Positions 31,811 through 43,917 of a stretch of DNA of 64,000 bases are shown here, in pieces. Under the pieces are notes generated by a model that ran no database searches, was not told the origin of the DNA, and saw only the letters and a list, made by a program, of their open reading frames with translations. The DNA is from Asticcacaulis sp. (GTDB lineage: Bacteria > Pseudomonadota > Alphaproteobacteria > Caulobacterales > Caulobacteraceae), in assembly GCF_051956075.1 (NCBI RefSeq), contig NZ_JBQCGA010000009.1, positions 49,498-113,497 on the forward strand, in the 5' to 3' direction. Positions within the stretch are counted from its first letter, which is position 1. Every line of letters starts with the position of its first letter. The position numbers and the translations under genes were made by a program.

Positions 31811-32863
31811 TTACACCCCCGCCTTCATGCCTTCGGCGCGCTTTTTCATCAACTGGTCGAAAGCGCCCCAGACGCCCGCGTCGCCGGTCCACTGGCCCTT
31901 GGTCGCGGCCTTGGAATATTCGGTGGCGCGCGCCTCGAAGAAGTTGGCGTGCTCGACGCCCGATAGCAGCACCTGCAGCCAGGGCAGCGGATTTTCCTTC
32001 GGCGCGTCGAAGACCTGCGGCAGCTCAAGCTGCTTTAAGCGCCAGTCGGCGATGTAGCGGATATAGGATTTGATGTCTTCGGGGGTCATGCCCTGCACCG
32101 GCCCCATTTCGAAGGCCAGGTCGATGAACTTGTCCTCCATGCCCACCACGGTCTTGCAGCAGTCGATAATGTCGTCCGCCACCGCCTTGGTCACGGCGCC
32201 GGTTTCGCGATTGAAGGCGTGGTACAGCTTGATAATGCCTTCGCAGTGCAAGGATTCGTCGCGCACCGACCACGACACGATCTGGCCCATGCCCTTCATC
32301 TTGTTGAAGCGCGGGAAGTTCATTAGCATGGCGAAGGAGGCGAACAGTTGCAGCCCTTCGGTGAAGCCGCCGAACATGGCCAGGGTGCGGCAGACATCCG
32401 CCTCGGTGTCCATGCCGAAGGTCTGCATATAGTCGTGCTTGTCGCGCATGGCCTGGTAGTCCATGAAGGCGCCGAACTCCGATTCCGGCATGCCGATGGT
32501 TTCCAGCAGCAGCGCATAGGCCGCGATATGGATCGTCTCCATATTGGTGAAGGCCGACAGCATCATCTTCACCTCGGTGGGGCGGAAGACGTGGCTGTAG
32601 CGTTCGAGATAATTGTCCTGCACCTCGATGTCGGACTGGGTGAAGAAGCGGAAGATCTGCGTCAGCAGGTTGCGTTCGCCGTCATTGAGTTTGGCCGCCC
32701 AGTCCTTGCAGTCCTCGCCCAGCGGCACCTCTTCGGGAATCCAGTGGACCTGTTGCTGCTTGCGCCAGAATTCGAACGCCCACGGATAGCGGAAGGGCTT
32801 ATAGGCGTGCGACGCCTTCAGCAAACCGGCCTGAGAATCGGCAAGGAGGATGGAGCTGCTCAT
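31811..32863 (-). CDS. nrdB: Ribonucleotide reductase class Ia beta subunit
   Basis: FFTQSD, METIH, RDESLH iron ligands, NFFEARATEY tail. Confidence 0.97.
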   Translation of the reverse strand: MSSSILLADSQAGLLKASHAYKPFRYPWAFEFWRKQQQVHWIPEEVPLGEDCKDWAAKLNDGERNLLTQIFRFFTQSDIEVQDNYLERYSHVFRPTEVKMMLSAFTNMETIHIAAYALLLETIGMPESEFGAFMDYQAMRDKHDYMQTFGMDTEADVCRTLAMFGGFTEGLQLFASFAMLMNFPRFNKMKGMGQIVSWSVRDESLHCEGIIKLYHAFNRETGAVTKAVADDIIDCCKTVVGMEDKFIDLAFEMGPVQGMTPEDIKSYIRYIADWRLKQLELPQVFDAPKENPLPWLQVLLSGVEHANFFEARATEYSKAATKGQWTGDAGVWGAFDQLMKKRAEGMKAGV

Positions 32864-32907
32864 GGTGAATCCCGAATCGAACTGAACGCGAAAGCCTGAC
32901 CGGCATT

Positions 32908-32954
32908 TCACCACTTATTGTGGTTAAGGCCAGCTTAATAACAAGATGTGGTAG
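32908..32954. promoter_or_regulatory. Tandem NrdR boxes upstream of nrdB
   Basis: Cores CCACTTATTG (32911-32920) and CAAGATGTGG (32942-32951), 31 bp apart, similar to the CwAyATmTwG consensus. Confidence 0.7.
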
Positions 32955-33170
32955 ATGGTTTTTGGGGATAATTCCATCCCGCGCAGGCTGCGACGTATCG
33001 ACGCCGTTAACCCTGAGCCAGCTATAGCACCGCAAGCGCGAGTCGCGGAGTCGAAATACGGGATGGCGAAAAATGTGACGCCGCCATTACTATGGGCGTA
33101 TGAAAGCCGCCATTGTCCCGCCATGTGCATAAAATTCGCGCAACGTGTTCAGATTCAGGGGCGCGGCGCA

Positions 33171-33199
33171 TTGACCGGGCGGGGATCATCGGTTATAGC
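33171..33199 (+). promoter_or_regulatory. Sigma70-type promoter of rpsT
   Basis: TTGACC-N17-TATAGC. Confidence 0.65.
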
Positions 33200-33279
33200 C
33201 CGCCCTCTTGAAAATTCACGTCTCCGCGCCGTGTCCGGCGTGGCGGCTTTCTTTTTACACTCGTCAGTTTAGGTGATGA

Positions 33280-33549
33280 ATGGCCAATAATCCCGGCGCC
33301 CGTAAAGCGATCCGCAAGATCGCCCGCCGCACCGAAGTCAATACGTCGCGCCGCTCGCGCGTGCGTACCTTCGTGCGTAAATTCGAAGAAGCGATCACGA
33401 GCGGCGACGCCGCCGTCGCCAAGGCGGCGTTTGTTGAGGCGCAGTCCGAACTGATGCGCGCGGTCTCCAAGGGCGTGGTCCACAAGAATACCGGCGCGCG
33501 CAAGGTGTCGCGTCTGGCGGCTCGCCTGAAGAAGCTGAGCCTGGCCTAA
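33280..33549 (+). CDS. rpsT: 30S ribosomal protein S20
   Basis: [29 protein letters not shown]. Confidence 0.98.
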   Translation: MANNPGARKAIRKIARRTEVNTSRRSRVRTFVRKFEEAITSGDAAVAKAAFVEAQSELMRAVSKGVVHKNTGARKVSRLAARLKKLSLA

Positions 33550-33698
33550 GCCGCCCTAGCCGCACGATCGCCTGGCGGCGCGCGGTATAATTTCGTCGAC
33601 GAAAAGATAAAGCCCACGCACGCAGTTTGCGGGCGAGGGCTTTCTGTTGCCTGCGAGTCGCTTCGGCGGCGCGCGGGCGGCGCGACAAAATGACTTCC

Positions 33699-33713
33699 TT
33701 AAAATAGCCTTAA
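33699..33713. promoter_or_regulatory. CtrA binding site in the rpsT-dnaA spacer
   Basis: Exact TTAA-aatagcc-TTAA. Confidence 0.6.
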
Positions 33714-34417
33714 TTTCTCTTTGCGGGCGAACGGCTTATCGGAGTCAACAGAAATATCCGACCATGGGGATAATTTCCCGCATTGACCGGCGCGAGCAGC
33801 GCGCTAATTTGTCTTTCTCCCCGCCCAACTCATCCCGGAACGGACGATTTGGGCGGCGTTCGGAACCGAACCGCAACCTGCGGCTCAAGGCCTTGAAACC
33901 TTGGCGCTATCTTGTGGATCGGCGTTCGGAAGGCCGGTAAATTACTGGTTTTGCGGCTCCTGTACAGGGCGCTGCGCTTCGAACGGCGTCGACGCGATGG
34001 AAGCTTCCGTCGCCGGTGACGATCCGAACGCGAGAGTTCAGCTTTATGCAACGGGTGACGGAACCTGACTTTCGTCTGTCCGGCGGGCTTGCGTCCGCAG
34101 GCCGGGGCCTTTTTGTCTCGATTTTCGGGATGAAAAGCCGAGGCTTGCATGGCGACGCCGAAGCGGAGTTTTCGCGTCAGACGCGAATTCGACGACGTAG
34201 AGCTTGACTCTTGGTGAGGCGTCGCCGCCGTCCGGTCGCGCGACAGAAACGACGCAACGGCGCCTGACCCCTTAAATCCTGAGGGACGGGCGCAAGGGGT
34301 GGGTCCAGCCGCAGGCGGGACCATAATGAGCAGCGGTTCGCGGCGGTGGTCGCGAGGGCGGATCAGTGGAGTGGCGTAATGAGTGGGTTAAGGGCACAAG
34401 ATCGGGGCGAAACAATA

Positions 34418-35821
34418 ATGCCAGGCATGACAAGCTGGTCGCCGATCCTACCTGAAACGGTATGGACCAAGGTGGCGTCGATACTACGCAGGGAATTGGG
34501 CGAAGGGCCGTACAATTCTTATGTGGCGCCGTCGAGCGTCAAACCGGGGCCTTATGGCGATCCCGTGCTGGTGACGCCGACCGTTTACGCCCGTGACTGG
34601 ATTGCGCGCAACGCGCTGCGCCGCGCTCAGGAATTGTGGAATGAGCATGACGGCGAGGCGCGCGTGCTGGACGTCAAGGCGCGTATCGAGTTCGATGACG
34701 CCGCCGTCGCGGCGCAGCAGCCTGCGAAGGAGCCTGCGCCCGTCATAGCCGTCGCCGCGCCGCAGGGCCGGGTCACCGGCCTGCAGGAGCGCCTGACCTT
34801 CGACAGCTTCGTCGCCGGCCGCGGCAATGAGTTCGCCTATTCGATGTCGCGTCAGGTGGCGAGCTGGGCTGACGGGCATTTCAACCCGGTCTTCCTGCAT
34901 GGCCCCTATGGCTACGGCAAGACCCACCTTCTCAACGCCATCGGCTGGGAGGCGCAGGCGCGTCGCCCGGAGGCGAAAATCGTCTATCTGACGGCGGAAA
35001 AGTTCACCTCGACCTTTGTCAAGGCGATCATGGACCGCTCGACCGCCGCCTTCAAGGACGAGGTGCGCGGCGCCGATCTCCTGCTGGTCGATGACGTGCA
35101 TTTTATCGGCGGCAAGACCTCCTCGCAGGAGGAGCTGTTTCACACCCTGACGACGCTGATCGAGAACAATCACCGCGTCGTCTTCACCGCCGACCGTCCG
35201 CCATCGCAACTGACCGAGATCGAGGCGCGCCTGCGTTCGCACCTGTCGTCGGGTCTGGTGTGCGCGCTGGATGTGGCGGATCAAAATCTTCGTATGGGCA
35301 TTGTCGAACGCAAGCTGGACCAGCTTCAGCAGCGTCTTGGCGCGTCCGGTCTGGCGCATCCGCGCGCCGATGTTTTACATTTTCTGGCCGAGCGTGTGCC
35401 GGGGTCGATCCGTGAGCTTGAGGGCGCGGTGAACACCCTGGTGGCGTCCGCTGGGCCGCGTCTTGGGAGTTTGACTTTGGAAGAAGCTATGGCCTTGCTG
35501 CAACCGAACCTGAAGGTCGCCGTCGAGCGTCGCGTGACGGTGGACGAAATTCAGAAGCTGACGGCGGACCATTTCGGTTTGAAACAGGCCGATCTTCTGT
35601 CGGAGCGCCGCACGCGCTCGGTGGCGCGTCCGCGTCAGGTGGCGATGTGGCTGTGCAAGCAGCATACGACGCGCTCCTATCCCGATATCGGACGCCGGTT
35701 CGGCGGCCGCGACCACACGACCGTGCTGCACGCGGTCAAGAAGATCGAGGAACTGCTGACCAGCGACGACCAGATTGCGCGCGACGTCGAGGCGCTCACC
35801 CGGAAACTCAGGAATGCGTAA
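34418..35821 (+). CDS. dnaA: Chromosomal replication initiator DnaA
   Basis: TFDSFV, GPYGYGKTHL, VDDVHF, RPRQVAM, GGRDHTTV; start 34418 or 34379. Confidence 0.98.
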   Translation: MPGMTSWSPILPETVWTKVASILRRELGEGPYNSYVAPSSVKPGPYGDPVLVTPTVYARDWIARNALRRAQELWNEHDGEARVLDVKARIEFDDAAVAAQQPAKEPAPVIAVAAPQGRVTGLQERLTFDSFVAGRGNEFAYSMSRQVASWADGHFNPVFLHGPYGYGKTHLLNAIGWEAQARRPEAKIVYLTAEKFTSTFVKAIMDRSTAAFKDEVRGADLLLVDDVHFIGGKTSSQEELFHTLTTLIENNHRVVFTADRPPSQLTEIEARLRSHLSSGLVCALDVADQNLRMGIVERKLDQLQQRLGASGLAHPRADVLHFLAERVPGSIRELEGAVNTLVASAGPRLGSLTLEEAMALLQPNLKVAVERRVTVDEIQKLTADHFGLKQADLLSERRTRSVARPRQVAMWLCKQHTTRSYPDIGRRFGGRDHTTVLHAVKKIEELLTSDDQIARDVEALTRKLRNA

Positions 35822-35933
35822 GGGGCGTGGGGGCGATTGCCCCCACATCTTCTTTCCTTCCCGCATCCCGCCTGAAGGCGGGTGCGAGAAGGAAAAGGAA
35901 GACTTGGGGCCAACTGGCCCCAAACCCCGTACG
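35817..35933. repeat. Symmetric three-hairpin palindromic element between dnaA and dnaN
   Basis: Outer arms cgtaagggg/ccccgtacg; flanking TGGGGGC..GCCCCCA and TTGGGGCC..GGCCCCAA hairpins; long central stem around tgaa. Confidence 0.7.
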
Positions 35934-36012
35934 TATTCTTGATCTTTCCGCTTGATCGTCTAATGTCCGCCTCCCGGCTGTCGCCGATCCTTTTCCGACT
36001 CAGGACTGCAAG

Positions 36013-37134
36013 ATGCAATTCACCATTGAACGCGGCGCTCTGTTGAAGGCCCTGGGCCATGTGCAGAATGTGGTCGAACGCCGCAACACCATCCCCATCC
36101 TGTCCAACGTCCTATTGTCCGCCGAAGGCCACACGGTCTCCTTCTCGGCCACCGATCTCGACATGGAGATCGTCGATACCGCCGAAGCCATCGTCAATGC
36201 GCCGGGCCAGATCACCGCGCCCGCCCATACGCTGTATGAAATCGTGCGCAAGCTGCCCGAAGGCGCCGATGTCGAGCTGAAATTCTCCGCCGGTGACGAT
36301 CCGCGCCTGGCCGTCTCAGCGGGCCGCTCGCGCTTCGCCCTGCCGGTGCTGCCCGCCGGCGATTTTCCGATCATGTCGAACGAGAATGACGGCGTCACCT
36401 TCGCCATACTGCGCGACGACCTGAAACGCCTGATTGACAAGACGCGCTTCGCCGTCTCGACCGAGGAAACGCGCTACTATCTCAACGGCATGTTCCTGCA
36501 CACGCTGAGCGAGGACGGCTCCAACTACTTACGCGCCGTCGCCACCGACGGTCACCGCCTGGCCCTGGCCGAAATGCCCGCGCCCGACGGTGCGATCGGT
36601 GGTCCCGGCGTCATCATACCGCGCAAGACCATCGACCAGGCGCGCCGCCTGCTCGATGACGGCACCGGCTATGTCGACCTGACCATCAGCCCGGCCAAGA
36701 TCCGCTTCCAGTTCGGTGACGCCTCGCTGACCTCGAAAATCATCGACGGCTCCTTCCCCGACTATGGCCGGGTGATCCCGAAGAATAACGACAAGACGAT
36801 GATGATCGACACCGGGGTGCTGGCCAAGGCCGTGGACCGCGTCTCGACCATCTCGGCGGAAAAGTCGCGCTCGGTGAAGATGGCGATTGAGCCGGGCCGC
36901 CTGACCCTGTCGGTGCGCAATATCGAAGCCGGTCAGGCCGTTGAAGAGGCCGAAATCGACTATGACAACGAAGCCCTCGATATCGGCTTCAACGCCCGCT
37001 ATATCCTGGACGTCATGGGCCAGATCGGCGGCGATACGGTCGAACTGCGCTTCTCCGACGCCTCCTCGCCGACCCTGGTGCTCGACCCGGTCGATAATGG
37101 CGTCCAGTATGTGCTGATGCCTTTACGCGTGTAA
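36013..37134 (+). CDS. dnaN: DNA polymerase III beta clamp
   Basis: VERRNTIPILSNV, ATDLD, VATDGHRLA, IGFNARY, LMPLRV. Confidence 0.99.
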   Translation: MQFTIERGALLKALGHVQNVVERRNTIPILSNVLLSAEGHTVSFSATDLDMEIVDTAEAIVNAPGQITAPAHTLYEIVRKLPEGADVELKFSAGDDPRLAVSAGRSRFALPVLPAGDFPIMSNENDGVTFAILRDDLKRLIDKTRFAVSTEETRYYLNGMFLHTLSEDGSNYLRAVATDGHRLALAEMPAPDGAIGGPGVIIPRKTIDQARRLLDDGTGYVDLTISPAKIRFQFGDASLTSKIIDGSFPDYGRVIPKNNDKTMMIDTGVLAKAVDRVSTISAEKSRSVKMAIEPGRLTLSVRNIEAGQAVEEAEIDYDNEALDIGFNARYILDVMGQIGGDTVELRFSDASSPTLVLDPVDNGVQYVLMPLRV

Positions 37135-37262
37135 GAAGTCCCTCGGCTTCGCCTCAGTGTACTTTTCACACGGGTCAATAGAGACGGAGAAAAATTCCCT
37201 TGGGGCGGCCCAACGGGAATTTTTCGCTTTTTAGCGGCAGGTTAATCTATAGATCGAGACAC

Positions 37263-40852
<3,590 letters not shown>

Positions 40853-40881
40853 GGGTCATCGCTAGACTCATGAGATTGCAA

Positions 40882-40917
40882 CGCGCCCCGTCAAGTGATT
40901 GGCGGGGCGTATCCTTT
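40882..40917 (+). terminator. Probable gyrB terminator
   Basis: CGCCCCG..CGGGGCG hairpin followed by a short T-rich tract. Confidence 0.5.
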
Positions 40918-40934
40918 ATGATAATAATTATCAT
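40918..40934. promoter_or_regulatory. 8-1-8 inverted repeat upstream of parD (candidate operator)
   Basis: ATGATAAT-A-ATTATCAT, immediately before the AGGAGG RBS. Confidence 0.55.
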
Positions 40935-40949
40935 CAGGAGGTGGCCGCC

Positions 40950-41222
40950 ATGCCCTCAAGCTATGCGCTCGGCGCACATTTCGAAGCCCTGATGGACGAC
41001 CTGATCGCATCGGGCCGCTATAACTCCAAAAGCGAAATCCTGCGCGACGGTTTGCGCATTATCGAGGAACGCGAAAGCCGCCGTCAGCTTGAACTCGACG
41101 CCTTGCGCAAGGCGATACAGGACGGCATCGACAGCGGACCCGGTTTGCCAGCGGATGAAGTGTTCGGTCGATTGAAAGCCAAGTACAAGGCCATGGCGGA
41201 CGCGCGGAAAAAGTCGGCGTGA
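40950..41222 (+). CDS. parD: ParD-like ribbon-helix-helix antitoxin
   Basis: LG.HFE....LIASGRYNSKSEILRDGLR; AGGAGG RBS; ATGA overlap with the toxin. Confidence 0.88.
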   Translation: MPSSYALGAHFEALMDDLIASGRYNSKSEILRDGLRIIEERESRRQLELDALRKAIQDGIDSGPGLPADEVFGRLKAKYKAMADARKKSA

Positions 41223-41512
41223 AACTGGTCTTTTCCCGTCTGGCTGAAGACGATCTCGAACAGATCGCCGATTATATTTCGATTGATAATCCGGACCGCG
41301 CCTTCAGCTATATCAACGAAATTGAAGCGCACTGTGAGACATTGCTTATGGCGCCCCAGAGCGGTACGCGACGCGATGATCTGGCGCACGGTTTGCGATC
41401 CGTGCCGCATGGCGCTTATATTATTTTCTATAGAACTGCTTTCGAAGACTTGCGTATTGAGCGAGTTCTGCATTCCGCGCGGCATTTTCCGGCTATCTTC
41501 GATGATCAATAA
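41219..41512 (+). CDS. parE: ParE/RelE-family toxin
   Basis: A..DLEQIADYI..DNP..A, P.SG..RDDL..GLR, IIFYR, IERVLHSAR. Confidence 0.9.
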   Translation: MKLVFSRLAEDDLEQIADYISIDNPDRAFSYINEIEAHCETLLMAPQSGTRRDDLAHGLRSVPHGAYIIFYRTAFEDLRIERVLHSARHFPAIFDDQ

Positions 41513-42035
41513 GAGTTTGCAAGCCTATCTCGCCCGTTATCCGGATGAAACCGATACCATTGAACGCGCCCTGGCGGCCTTGCGTGACACATCCGGGGAT
41601 GTTTATGCGCGATCCAGCTTTCCCGGCCATGTCACGGCTTCGGCGCTGATCCCGCAGGGCCCAACTCAACACATGGCCTTACTGACCATCTGGCATCCGC
41701 TGATCAGGGCGTGGATTCAGCCGGGCGGGCATGTCGATCCGGGCGAGACGCCGGTTGAGGCCGCCTTACGCGAGGCCGCTGAGGAGATCGGCTTCACCTG
41801 CGAGCTGATGCAGGACGATGATCTGCCGTTCGATATCGACTGTCATCTGGTTCCCGCCAATCCGAAAAAGGGCGAGCCGGAGCATTACCATATCGACTTC
41901 CGTTATCTGATGCGGCCTGTGGCCCCGGCGGGCGAGCCGGAACTGGCCACCGCCTGCATCCCGCTGGCGCATCTCGGCGTGGAGTCGCCGTCTTTGGCGA
42001 GATTGGCGCAGAAGATGATAACGGTGGTATTTTAA
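41502..42035 (+). CDS. NUDIX hydrolase
   Basis: GHVTAS, PGGHVDPGETPVEAALREAAEEIG Nudix box, HYHIDFRY; overlaps the parE 3' end. Confidence 0.88.
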   Translation: MINKSLQAYLARYPDETDTIERALAALRDTSGDVYARSSFPGHVTASALIPQGPTQHMALLTIWHPLIRAWIQPGGHVDPGETPVEAALREAAEEIGFTCELMQDDDLPFDIDCHLVPANPKKGEPEHYHIDFRYLMRPVAPAGEPELATACIPLAHLGVESPSLARLAQKMITVVF

Positions 42036-42072
42036 AGCTTGCGACCTGCGCTCAGAGGTGTAGGCTCATGGT

Positions 42073-42182
42073 CACGGGTCAAGGCCCGTATTCACTCCCC
42101 GAACTGTGGTTCAGGGCTTAGGCACAGGCTCATGTGCCAAATATGAAAAGGCCCCTCAGGCGACTGAGGGGCCTTCATTATT
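42073..42182 (+). ncRNA. Candidate sRNA (three short hairpins plus terminator)
   Basis: TTGCGA-N16-TAGGCT upstream; hairpins at 42074-42089, 42097-42116 and 42121-42138; strong stem at 42148-42175. Confidence 0.4.
42148..42175. terminator. Probably bidirectional terminator (purH on the minus strand)
   Basis: AAGGCCCCTCAG-gcga-CTGAGGGGCCTT with A/T flanks. Confidence 0.8.
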
Positions 42183-42197
42183 TCCGCTTAATCAGAA

Positions 42198-43811
42198 TTA
42201 ATGCCGGAAGACGCGCGTACCGGTGAAGACCATCGCGATCCCGGCTTCGTCGGCGGCGTCGATCACCGCCTGATCGCCGATCGAGCCGCCCGGTTGAATC
42301 ACCGCCGTCGCGCCCGCCGCGACCGCTTCCAACAGGCCGTCAGGGAAGGGGAAGAAGGCTTCCGACGCGCAGGCCGAACCCTTGGCAAGGCTCTCAGACA
42401 GCCCCAGCTTTTCAGCGGCCTCGGCGGCGCGCAGGGAGGCGATGCGCGAGGAATCGCGGCGGTTCATCTGGCCTGCGCCGATGCCGACCGAACGGCCTTC
42501 CTTCGCATAGACAATGGCGTTCGACTTGACATGCTTGGCGACGGTGAAGGCGAACAGCATGTCCTCGATCTCGGTCGGGGTCGGCTGGCGCTTCGTCACC
42601 ACCTTGAGGTCGGCAGCGGCAATGCGTGCCGTGTCACGGCTCTGGATCAGCATCCCGCCCGCCACTGAGCGGAAGACCTCGCCCTTGGCCAGCGGATCGG
42701 GCAGGGCGCCGGTGACCAGAAGGCGCAGATTCTTCTTGGCAGCGAACACGGCGGCCGCGTCGTCATCGACTTCCGGCGCGACCACGACCTCGGTGAAGAT
42801 CTCGACGATCTTTTCGGCGGTCGCCTTGTCGAGGCGGCGATTGAGCGCGACGATGCCGCCAAAGGCCGAGACGGAGTCGCATTCCAGCGCGCGCTGATAG
42901 GCGGTGATCAGGTCGGGGCCGGTCGCCACGCCGCACGGATTGGCGTGCTTGACGATCACGCAGGCCGCCGAGGACGCCGGGTCGAACTCGGCGACCAGTT
43001 CGATGGCCGCGTCGGTGTCGGCGACATTGTTATAGCTGAGTTCCTTGCCCTGAAGCTGCTTCGCCGTGGCGACGCCGGGACGGTCTTCCGAAGTGCGGTA
43101 GAAGGCCGCCGACTGGTGCGGATTTTCGCCGTAGCGCATGGTTTGCAGACGCGCGCCCGCAATCGTCCTGCGTTCTGGATACGCGTCGCCCAATTGCGCC
43201 GCAAACCAGGTCGAAACGGCGGAATCGTAGGCCGCCGTGCGCGCAAACGCCTTTGCCGCCAGCGATTTGCGCAGGGCCATATCGGTCGCGCCCTTGGTCT
43301 TGATCGCGGCCAGAACCTCGTCCATGCCCGCCTTATCGACGCAGATCGCGACGTACGGGTGGTTCTTGGCCGAGGAGCGGATCATGGCCGGGCCACCGAT
43401 GTCGATATTCTCGATGGCGGCTTCAAAGGCGCCGCCGCCCGCCACCGTCTTCTCGAAGGGGTAGAGGTCGATCCAGACGATGTCGATGGGCTGGATATTA
43501 TGGTCGCTCAGCGCCCTGGCGTGGTCCGGCGCGTCGCGATAGGCGAGAAGCGCGCCATGCACCATCGGGTGCAGGGTCTTGACGCGGCCGTCCATCATTT
43601 CCGGAAAACCGGTTATGTCCGCCACATCCCTGACCGGCAGGCCCGCCTTGTCAATGGCGGCGCGCGTGCCGCCGGTCGAGATCAGTTCGACCCCGGCGGC
43701 GACCAGAGCCTGCGCGGCTTCGATCAACCCGGCCTTGTCGGACAGCGATATCAGCGCACGCTTTGGGGTGACGAGATCGGCGGCGGGGGGAAAGTCGGGC
43801 GCGGCGGGCAT
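42198..43811 (-). CDS. purH: Bifunctional AICAR transformylase / IMP cyclohydrolase
   Basis: [43 protein letters not shown]. Confidence 0.99.
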   Translation of the reverse strand: MPAAPDFPPAADLVTPKRALISLSDKAGLIEAAQALVAAGVELISTGGTRAAIDKAGLPVRDVADITGFPEMMDGRVKTLHPMVHGALLAYRDAPDHARALSDHNIQPIDIVWIDLYPFEKTVAGGGAFEAAIENIDIGGPAMIRSSAKNHPYVAICVDKAGMDEVLAAIKTKGATDMALRKSLAAKAFARTAAYDSAVSTWFAAQLGDAYPERRTIAGARLQTMRYGENPHQSAAFYRTSEDRPGVATAKQLQGKELSYNNVADTDAAIELVAEFDPASSAACVIVKHANPCGVATGPDLITAYQRALECDSVSAFGGIVALNRRLDKATAEKIVEIFTEVVVAPEVDDDAAAVFAAKKNLRLLVTGALPDPLAKGEVFRSVAGGMLIQSRDTARIAAADLKVVTKRQPTPTEIEDMLFAFTVAKHVKSNAIVYAKEGRSVGIGAGQMNRRDSSRIASLRAAEAAEKLGLSESLAKGSACASEAFFPFPDGLLEAVAAGATAVIQPGGSIGDQAVIDAADEAGIAMVFTGTRVFRH

Positions 43812-43917
43812 GGCGAAATCCGTAAACTGACAGGGAAGGAATGCCGCGCGGTTTACACGACCGACCCGGCTTTGCCAACCTTTCGGGAGCGTTTCGTCGC
43901 CCTCGCCGCCGCGAGAC

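Noticed and set aside
31575-32057. 160-aa plus-strand ORF covering the sRNA candidate
   Set aside because: It overlaps nrdB antisense, crosses two terminators, and has no RBS or recognisable domain
43865-43900. Resemblance to a c-di-GMP-I or ZTP riboswitch upstream of purH (GAAAC..GAAA..GCAAAGCC on the minus strand)
   Set aside because: The stem around GAAA has only 2-3 bp, the GGGAC element is missing, and the ZTP core motifs are absent
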